A stretch of 64,000 nt of DNA from Ministeria vibrans ATCC 50519 (Eukaryota > Protista > Filasterea): positions 23,777-87,776 of the forward strand of contig CALSCP010001993.1 in NCBI GenBank assembly GCA_943704425.1. Direction: 5' to 3'. Shown here piece by piece: positions 63,952-64,000 of this stretch. A program made the position numbers and the translations under genes. The first letter of the stretch is position 1. Every line of letters begins with the position of its first letter. The notes under the pieces were generated by a model. The model did no database searches. It was not told where the DNA came from and saw only the letters and a list, made by a program, of their open reading frames with translations.

Positions 63952-64000
<49 letters not shown>
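55060..64000 (+). CDS. PIKFYVE: 1-phosphatidylinositol-3-phosphate 5-kinase (FYVE, DEP, CCT-like, Cys-rich and PIP kinase domains); runs off the window
   Basis: FYVE: WMPDDNAKACYEC..FRRRHHCRVCGQIFC. DEP: HRYRFRNYPDTLVASELVTWL. CCT-like: MDVRRYIKFKKV. FYGENDMTIG. Kinase: WKASGGASGSAFSKTSDDRFVIKQM, MENLF, FDLKGS and LLDEN. The first coding exon is about 7.9 kb (to 62931). Confidence 0.96.
63770..64000. repeat. Intronic (CA)n/(CT)n microsatellites with the CTCTATCACTTTGTTTC minisatellite unit
   Basis: Directly visible. Confidence 0.9.

Noticed and set aside
1-64000. Transposase, reverse transcriptase, viral, tRNA or rRNA genes
   Set aside because: No recognisable signatures were seen on either strand.

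Overview
Gene-dense, intron-containing eukaryotic DNA with about 20 protein-coding loci, GT-AG introns rich in poly(T), (TG)n and (GA)n, and three N gaps. A DEP-containing PIKfyve, RP2, EGF/FN2/PAN modules and tyrosine-motif-rich tails suggest a flagellated unicellular holozoan (choanoflagellate-like); this is inference only. Recognisable genes: ZFP36-like, NUP133, NOP58, RTRAF, PNKP, DNAJA, RP2, an IDS-like sulfatase, ADCK2-like, NPHP3-like NACHT-TPR, PIKfyve, two JmjC oxygenases, DUF1295 and a GT2 glycosyltransferase. Best leads missed by the ORF track: (1) a box C/D snoRNA in a NOP58 intron whose guide matches SNORD70; (2) 8-9 copies of a small hairpin motif interleaved with GGU tracts in the intron of a FUS/TAF15-like RNA-binding gene, a candidate autoregulatory array; (3) an unassigned, TATA-preceded, UUCG-capped structured RNA at about 32.3-32.66 kb; (4) a secreted mosaic protein of more than 2,600 aa (PAN-EGF-beta-rich-helical-FN2-ricin-like); (5) a NACHT-TPR protein with a long pTyr/SH3-ligand tail. 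Two junctions look like misassembly or rearrangement: about 11.5 kb, and the 38.2-49.2 kb block. All family calls come from motif recognition by eye; no database searches were run.
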